DNA from: a virus
Taxonomy: Duplodnaviria > Heunggongvirae > Uroviricota > Caudoviricetes
Strand: one strand, 5' to 3'
Length of the DNA stretch: 12,989 nucleotides
IMG/VR virus record: IMGVR_UViG_2778261515_000012
A program made the translations under genes and the position numbers. Positions 7,633-12,989 of this stretch are shown here, in pieces (position 1 is the stretch's first letter; every line of letters begins with the position of its first letter). The notes beneath the pieces were generated by a model. It was not told the DNA's origin, made no database searches, and saw nothing but the letters and a program-made list of their open reading frames with translations.

Positions 7633-7850
7633 GGTTTATTGAGGTTGATGAGATTGGCTATGAGAATGCACTTGGTAGAGGTAAATCTTTAGTTAACATT
7701 GATGGCATTGAATCGATAAGGAGTGGTGAATTTACGGAGATCAGAATGATGTCAGGCGGAATCATTCCTTGCCGTGACTCAGTAGAGTCAATCAAATCAA
7801 AAATGAGTGGTCAGTGGCTTTATAGCTACAGTGACTTACAAAAACGTTGA
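7629..7850 (+). CDS. Hypothetical protein translationally coupled to arc
   Basis: ATG at 7629 overlaps the arc stop (ATGA). 73 aa with no motif I recognise. Followed by an inverted repeat GAAGCCC...GGGCTTC (7849-7880). Confidence 0.5.
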   Translation: MRFIEVDEIGYENALGRGKSLVNIDGIESIRSGEFTEIRMMSGGIIPCRDSVESIKSKMSGQWLYSYSDLQKR

Positions 7851-7912
7851 AGCCCCAACTGCGGTAACAGTCAGGGCTTCGGTATCAACAAATCGGCTTA
7901 GGAAATATTGAC

Positions 7913-8263
7913 ATGAAAAGTATAGCAAAGGCACAAAACGATTTCACCATCTTCAAATTTGGCGACAGTGAAATTCGCGTCATTAACAAGTGCGGCGAGC
8001 CGTGGTTTGTAGCTAAAGATGTTTGTGATGCTTTAGCTTTGACTAACTCACGCAAGGCGCTTACTGCACTTGATGACGATGAAAAGGGAGTAACTTTAAG
8101 TTACACCCTTGGTGGTGAGCAGAATCTAAGCATTGTGAGCGAATCAGGTATGTATACATTGGTTCTGCGCTGCCGCGATGCAGTCAATAAAGGTTCAGTC
8201 CCACACAAATTCCGCAAGTGGGTAACAGCAGAAGTTCTGCCTTCAATTCGCAAACATGGCTAG
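7913..8263 (+). CDS. Antirepressor-like protein, Bro-N domain (N-terminal part, ends at in-frame TAG)
   Basis: AGGA RBS upstream of ATG 7913. Sequence FKFGDSEIRVINKCGEPWFVAKDVCDALALTN...GMYTLVLRCRDAV...FRKWVTAEVLPSIRKHG is a typical Bro-N/AntA N-terminal domain. Ends at amber TAG 8261-8263, inside the conserved IRK-x-G-x-Y motif. Confidence 0.7.
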   Translation: MKSIAKAQNDFTIFKFGDSEIRVINKCGEPWFVAKDVCDALALTNSRKALTALDDDEKGVTLSYTLGGEQNLSIVSESGMYTLVLRCRDAVNKGSVPHKFRKWVTAEVLPSIRKHG

Positions 8264-8323
8264 TATGTTAAAGGAAAGAAAACCACTGTTGAGGAAAGAA
8301 CACCGCTACGCGATGCAGTAAAC

Positions 8324-8791
8324 ATGCTGGTAGGAAAGAAAGGACTTCGCTATGACGATGCATACAATATGGTTCATCAGCGTTTTGGTATTGACAGCAT
8401 TGATGAACTTTCAATTGAACAAATCCCGCTGGCCGTAGAGTACATCCACAGGGTAGTGCTTGAAGGTGAGTTCATTGGCAAACAAGAGAAGAAAACCAAC
8501 GAGCTTTCTGCAAAAGAAGCAAACAGCCTTGTATGGTTATGGGATTATGCCAACCGCTCACAGGCATTATTCCGCGAACTGTATCCGGCGCTAAAACAAA
8601 TTCAATCGAACTATTCCGGCAGATGCTACGACTACGGTCATGAATTCTCGTATGTTATCGGAATGGCGAGAGACGTTTTAATAAACCACACACGAGATGT
8701 TGATATCAATGAGCCAGACGGACCAACGAATCTTTCCGCATGGATGAGACTTAAGAATAAAGAATTACCTCCTTCAGTACATAACTACTGA
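8324..8791 (+). CDS. Antirepressor-like C-terminal part (same frame as 7913-8263)
   Basis: Same reading frame as the Bro-N ORF; the only stop between them is TAG 8261-8263 and the 20 codons from 8264 to 8323 are open. No RBS before ATG 8324. The two parts together are 293 codons, about the size of P22 Ant (300 aa). Followed by a terminator. Confidence 0.55.
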   Translation: MLVGKKGLRYDDAYNMVHQRFGIDSIDELSIEQIPLAVEYIHRVVLEGEFIGKQEKKTNELSAKEANSLVWLWDYANRSQALFRELYPALKQIQSNYSGRCYDYGHEFSYVIGMARDVLINHTRDVDINEPDGPTNLSAWMRLKNKELPPSVHNY

Positions 8792-8808
8792 CAGATAACC
8801 AACGCAAC

Positions 8809-8834
8809 GACCCAGCTTCGGCTGGGTTTTTTTA
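8809..8834 (+). terminator. Rho-independent terminator after the antirepressor region
   Basis: GACCCAGC-ttcg-GCTGGGT stem-loop followed by TTTTTTT (8827-8833), 18 nt after the stop at 8791. Confidence 0.6.
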
Positions 8835-8891
8835 TGCCCAAAATTCACCGTAGCCATGCTGCGGCGATTCCTTGTATCTGGAGCAAATTAA

Positions 8892-10592
8892 ATGACAGAC
8901 ATTACAGCCAATGTTGTAGTGAGCATGCCTTCGCAACTCTTCACTATGGCGCGTTCTTTTAAAGCTGTAGCTAATGGCAAAATTTATATCGGAAAGATTG
9001 ATACTGATCCGGTAAATTCAGAAAACCAGATTCCGGTTTATGTAAGGAGCGAAGACGGTTCTCATATTGCCGTCTCACAGCCAATAGTTATCAATGCGGC
9101 TGGATATCCTGTATATAACGGGCAGATTGCCAAATTCGTTACTGTACAGGGCCATTCTATGGCTGTTTATGATGCGTACGGTGTGCAGCAGTTCTATTTT
9201 CCGAATGTGCTGAAGTATGATCCTGATCAGTTTGAGAAGAGATTGGCATCTTCTGGAGGGGACAAATTAGTAGGGAGTTCATGGGGTGGGCAAAGCATCT
9301 ATGATGACTACGCTCCAAAAAAACTAACCCGACCTGCCGTTATCATTGAGCCAAGTTATTCTCACTCGGATATTCAGTCGCTACTGAGCTCTGGTGGAGA
9401 TATTTATTTCATGCCAGGAATTTATCCGGTAGATGCAACATATTACTATTACGGGAATACAACGATCCATCAGTCAAGAGACGCTATTTTTTATGCAAAT
9501 AGAGACAATATTACGCTATTTAAAGCTGATCCAGCTGTTGCTGGCACTGATTATATTAGAAATATACAGGTGCATAACCCTCGAATTGATTTTAACGGAA
9601 AGGCTGGAGTTGTCGGAATTGATTTAATCAAATGCCGTAATAACTCGGGCATTTTTGGATTGTGGGTAGATATGCAGTTAGGCCGGGACTGCGTTGGCAT
9701 GAGAGCTGGCTTGCTTTGCTACGGGCTTAAAAATGACAATCCAGAAATAATGAATGGTGGGACAGGATCTACGAGGCTTATCTATCAGAATGGCGCTAAT
9801 GCCTGCAAGATCCTCAATCCCAATTTATACAGTAGTGACCCAGGCGGCGTCCTCCCTGACTATGGCCTAGTGATAAGAAACGGGTTGAATGGAATTGATG
9901 TCGATAATTCGACAACGTTTAACACTACGGCGGTAGTTTTAGATGGTGGTTTTATACAGAACTGTGAACGATATGGAACTATGGATCACGGGGCCATAGG
10001 AACAGAGCTAATGGGGAATACATATTACGAGGCATGTAAAATTGCGGATATCAATCTATCATCATCCAGGGGAGCTTTAGTAAGCAGTTCTCATCACTCA
10101 TCTACAAGCGGCACTGTTTGCATCAGAGCAAAAAACACATCAGGCTGCCGTGTGATGAACGTAAACCTACGCGGAGATCGTTCAACTGGCTTTTATGATG
10201 CAGACAGCAGCAACTCAGGCTTAACAATTGAGCATAAGCGCGACCGCCTAACCGCCCTAATCGGTGATGTGAGTGGTGCTGTAGTGAGTGGTCTGGAAAA
10301 TGACATTCGCACAATTACATTACCAGAACCAGTTCCGGTAAGAAGCGGCCATAGTTCGTTTTACATCCCAGTAACCAACGGGGCAAACATTACCACTCAG
10401 GGGCAGGCTTATGACGGGCAGGAAATCGAGTTGATATTACGGGGAAGAAATTTAACCTCTCTTACATTTTTGGGTAAACCGATCTCATTGGATGGTGTAG
10501 GGGAAGATTACAAGGTCTGTCGTTTGCGAGCTCGATATATGAGCTTGTTTGATGCGTGGCTGATCGGCGATGCGCAATGGAAAGTTGTATAA
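8892..10592 (+). CDS. Tailspike protein: P22-like head-binding N-terminus plus a distinct receptor-binding beta-helix domain
   Basis: GGAG RBS 8 nt upstream. The first 110 aa or so ([42 protein letters not shown]...[15 protein letters not shown]...NVLKYDPDQ) closely match the P22 gp9 head-binding domain as recalled. The rest is Gly/Asn/Ser-rich and repeat-like, as expected for a beta-helix, and unlike P22. 566 aa. Confidence 0.85.
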   Translation: MTDITANVVVSMPSQLFTMARSFKAVANGKIYIGKIDTDPVNSENQIPVYVRSEDGSHIAVSQPIVINAAGYPVYNGQIAKFVTVQGHSMAVYDAYGVQQFYFPNVLKYDPDQFEKRLASSGGDKLVGSSWGGQSIYDDYAPKKLTRPAVIIEPSYSHSDIQSLLSSGGDIYFMPGIYPVDATYYYYGNTTIHQSRDAIFYANRDNITLFKADPAVAGTDYIRNIQVHNPRIDFNGKAGVVGIDLIKCRNNSGIFGLWVDMQLGRDCVGMRAGLLCYGLKNDNPEIMNGGTGSTRLIYQNGANACKILNPNLYSSDPGGVLPDYGLVIRNGLNGIDVDNSTTFNTTAVVLDGGFIQNCERYGTMDHGAIGTELMGNTYYEACKIADINLSSSRGALVSSSHHSSTSGTVCIRAKNTSGCRVMNVNLRGDRSTGFYDADSSNSGLTIEHKRDRLTALIGDVSGAVVSGLENDIRTITLPEPVPVRSGHSSFYIPVTNGANITTQGQAYDGQEIELILRGRNLTSLTFLGKPISLDGVGEDYKVCRLRARYMSLFDAWLIGDAQWKVV

Positions 10593-10596
10593 GAAT

Positions 10597-11745
10597 CTAC
10601 TCATCAATCCAATCAGCCCACCACTGCATCATCTCCCGGCGCTTATCCATGTACTGAGCGTGATTGTATATCCCACGAATGGAGCCGCTGTTAGCGTGCG
10701 CCAGTTGCTTCTCAATGGCATCAGCGGGCCATTCGTGCTCGTTCATAATCGTGCTGAATTCATGCCTGAATCCGTGACCGCTTTCCAGACCCTCATAGCC
10801 GATTTGTTTGATCACAAGCAATACCGCGTTCTCGCAGATTGGCTTCTTCTTATCGTTGCGTCCGGCAAAAACAAACTCTGATACTGGTTTAGTGATGGAG
10901 CTTAGCGTAGTGAGAAGTTCAACTACCTGGTCCGACATCGGAACCACATGAATCTTGCGTCCCTTCATCACATTGGCGTCTATGGTGATAATCCTGTTTT
11001 CAAAATCGACGTTCTTCCATTGCATGGAACGAAGCTCTTTTGTTCTGAGGGCTGTGTAGCGTAAAACTTTGGTCGCAATGAGCGATACGATACTTCCTGA
11101 AAATGTAGCCAGTGCTTTGTTGAATGCCGGGATCTGGTCTGCAGGAAGAAACGGGAAGTTCTTCTTGCGGTATCCCTTCATGGCGTCAGCAAGGTCAGGT
11201 GCCGGGTTATATTTAGCCCTACCAGTGACAATAGCGTAACGGAAAACCTCACCGCATCTTCTGCGGGCTTTATTTGCTCGCTCCATTGCACCGCGATCTT
11301 CAAATCTGCGGATTACTTCCAGCAGTTGCATCGGCTCAATATCCTGAATTTCAAGGCCGCCGATGATAGGTAAAATGTCGTCATCAAACATTTTTGCAAG
11401 TTCAGTCGCATACCCTACTGACCAGACTTGCTTCTTGTGCTCGTACCATTCCTTGTAAATGGCGCTAAAGGAGTTGTTGTTAGACGAAGCCTTTTTCGCT
11501 TTTACCGGATCGATGCCAACCGAGATGTCTTTCCTCGCAGTCCATGCTTTATCCCTTGCCTCCTGCAAAGTCATAAGCGGATATTTTCCGACGGTAAGGA
11601 TTTTCTCCTTACCGTCAATCTTGTAGCGAAGCTGCCATACCTTTTTCCCGGATACAGGGACATAAAGGTACAGGCCATTACCATCGAGAAGGCGGTATGG
11701 TTTTTCTTTCGGCTTTGCTGCTTCAATCTGCTTAACGGTGAGCAT
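10597..11745 (-). CDS. int: Tyrosine integrase, P4/IntS type
   Basis: ORF open from GTG 11781, but the conserved P4-type N-terminus begins at Met13 (ATG at 11745): MLTVKQIEAAKPKEKPYRLLDGNGLYLYV...GKKVWQLRYKIDGKEKILTVGKYP. The C-terminal half carries the catalytic-domain context (HGFRHEF...IRGIYNHAQY). Adjacent to a tRNA gene. Confidence 0.9.
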   Translation of the reverse strand: MLTVKQIEAAKPKEKPYRLLDGNGLYLYVPVSGKKVWQLRYKIDGKEKILTVGKYPLMTLQEARDKAWTARKDISVGIDPVKAKKASSNNNSFSAIYKEWYEHKKQVWSVGYATELAKMFDDDILPIIGGLEIQDIEPMQLLEVIRRFEDRGAMERANKARRRCGEVFRYAIVTGRAKYNPAPDLADAMKGYRKKNFPFLPADQIPAFNKALATFSGSIVSLIATKVLRYTALRTKELRSMQWKNVDFENRIITIDANVMKGRKIHVVPMSDQVVELLTTLSSITKPVSEFVFAGRNDKKKPICENAVLLVIKQIGYEGLESGHGFRHEFSTIMNEHEWPADAIEKQLAHANSGSIRGIYNHAQYMDKRREMMQWWADWIDE

Positions 11746-11906
11746 GGGTAAAAATCCGGTGGGTAAAATTATTTTATCCACTTTTTACCCGTCATGGAGT
11801 GCGGCTGTCAACGATCTGACGCGAACCATTACGAACTGTGAATCTACGGAAGGCTTGATATTCAGGGGATTTTGCGGACTGGTACGGATGGGAGCGAACT
11901 GATAAA

Positions 11907-11981
11907 TGGTGTCCCCTGCAGGAATCGAACCTGCAATTAGCCCTTAGGAGGGGCTCGTTATATCCATTTAACTAAGAGGAC
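11907..11981 (-). tRNA. argW: tRNA-Arg (anticodon CCU)
   Basis: Reverse complement reads GTCCTCTTAGTTAAATGGATATAACGAGCCCCTCCTAAGGGCTAATTGCAGGTTCGATTCCTGCAGGGGACACCA. Folded by hand into a cloverleaf: 7-bp acceptor stem, D stem GTTA/TAAC, anticodon stem AGCCC/GGGCT with loop CTCCTAA (anticodon CCT), T stem GCAGG/CCTGC, encoded CCA. 75 nt. Confidence 0.85.
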
Positions 11982-12056
11982 AATGCGGCATGAGTATACC
12001 CGCTAATGGAGTGCGGGGTAAGTACGCTGCCGCTCGATTGCTTAAACCCTCGCCAT

Positions 12057-12989
12057 TTATGCCGGGTTTTTATAATTTTTCTTAATGTTTTCCGCACGTT
12101 CTGCTTTTTGGCGTGCTTCTGCTTTACGCTTATTGCTCATGTCGTTACGAATCTGTGCATGACTCATTAACGCGAAGATAAAGGTGCCGCCGCAGATGTT
12201 CCCCGCTAAAGTAGGTAGTGCGAAGGGCCAGATGAAATCGCTCCAGTGCAGCGTACCGTTAAACACCAGATAGAGGATTTCAACAGAACCGACCACGATA
12301 TGGGTGGTGTCACCCAGGGCAATAAGCCAGGTCATCAATATAATCACCACAATCTTTGCCGCACCCGCTGCAGGAAACATCCAAACCATAGTGGCGATCA
12401 GCCAGCCGGAAATGATCGCGTTGGCAAACATCTCGCTGGGGGTGTTCTTCATCACATCCATGCCGATTTTGACAAATGCATCGCGAGTTTCTTCATTGAA
12501 GATAGGCATATATTCAAATGCCCACGCCGCAATACCTGTCCCGAGAATATTACCCAGCAGCACGACGCCCCATAACCGTATAAGTAAGCCGACGTTGCTC
12601 ATTGTCGGTTTTTGCATGACGGGTAGTACCGCAGTCACGGTATTTTCGGTAAATAATTGCTGGCGGGCCATAATGACGATAATAAAACCAAAGGTATAAC
12701 CGAGATTCTCCAGCAAGAAGCTGCCCGGCACACCTTCCAGTTCGACATGAAATATCCCTTTTGCCAGTAACGAAGCGCCCATCGACAGACCCGCCGCAAT
12801 GGCTGACCACAGTAGCGCCATTGCGTCGCGTTCCAGCTCTTTTTCACCATCCTGGCGGATATGCTCATGAATTGCCATCGCCCGGGAGGGGAGTCGGTCT
12901 TCATCTATTTCTATTTTTTTGCCGCGCTCTTTTTCTTCGCTCTCAACTTCAATTTCGTCGCTGTGTTGATCAATTTTGTCGTTGTCCAT
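12057..12989 (-). CDS. yfdC: Inner-membrane protein of the formate/nitrite transporter family (YfdC-like), host gene
   Basis: 310-aa ORF with an acidic N-terminus and multiple hydrophobic helices. Its start codon is the last three bases of the window. Position next to argW matches the yfdC-argW-int arrangement I recall from E. coli K-12. Confidence 0.7.
   Translation of the reverse strand: MDNDKIDQHSDEIEVESEEKERGKKIEIDEDRLPSRAMAIHEHIRQDGEKELERDAMALLWSAIAAGLSMGASLLAKGIFHVELEGVPGSFLLENLGYTFGFIIVIMARQQLFTENTVTAVLPVMQKPTMSNVGLLIRLWGVVLLGNILGTGIAAWAFEYMPIFNEETRDAFVKIGMDVMKNTPSEMFANAIISGWLIATMVWMFPAAGAAKIVVIILMTWLIALGDTTHIVVGSVEILYLVFNGTLHWSDFIWPFALPTLAGNICGGTFIFALMSHAQIRNDMSNKRKAEARQKAERAENIKKNYKNPA

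Noticed and set aside
7849-7880. Inverted repeat GAAGCCC-N17-GGGCTTC after the 73-aa ORF as a terminator
   Set aside because: Large loop and no downstream T-tract; more likely an RNA structure or processing site than an intrinsic terminator, so not annotated as a feature.
9433-10314. Short ORFs 9433-9627 (+) and 10123-10314 (-) within the tailspike gene
   Set aside because: Embedded in or antisense to the 566-aa tailspike CDS.
10570-11751. Plus-strand ORFs 10570-10881 and 11428-11751 overlapping the integrase gene
   Set aside because: Antisense to the integrase gene, which has strong family-level sequence support.
12037-12063. Stem-loop AAACCC-N14-GGGTTTTT between argW and yfdC as the yfdC terminator
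   Set aside because: The T-tract follows the stem on the plus strand, not on the minus (yfdC) strand, and the loop is long; function unclear, so only noted under the junction finding.
12246-12904. Four overlapping ORFs (12246-12575, 12304-12699, 12550-12810, 12635-12904) within yfdC
   Set aside because: Alternative-frame or antisense ORFs inside the 310-aa membrane protein gene, with no independent support.
1-12989. CRISPR arrays, rRNA genes, IS elements or long tandem repeats
   Set aside because: No regularly spaced direct repeats, no rRNA-like segments and no transposase-like ORFs or terminal inverted repeats were seen on reading the sequence.

Overview
This window looks like the right arm of an integrated P22/Sf6-like (podovirus) prophage and its junction with the host chromosome at argW, the tRNA-Arg(CCU) gene. 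From left to right: a 5'-truncated gp14-like ORF and three rightward ejection-protein genes (gp7-, gp20- and gp16-like; 1-4397); an AT-rich accessory region (about 4400-8890) carrying a convergent lipoprotein gene, a two-gene Panacea-domain (DUF4065) module with its own terminator, several small membrane or zinc-ribbon ORFs, and an immI-like switch (mnt leftward, arc rightward, Arc-operator-like repeats between them) followed by an antirepressor-like gene split by one in-frame TAG; then the tailspike gene (8892-10592), a P4/IntS-type tyrosine integrase (minus strand), argW (minus strand, 11907-11981) and the host gene yfdC. The most interesting candidate for an undescribed system is the Panacea-domain operon at 5270-6176; the split antirepressor and the small-gene operon downstream of mnt are secondary candidates. 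All calls rest on reading the sequence, on recalled motifs of P22 Arc, Mnt and tailspike, and on synteny; no database search was possible.
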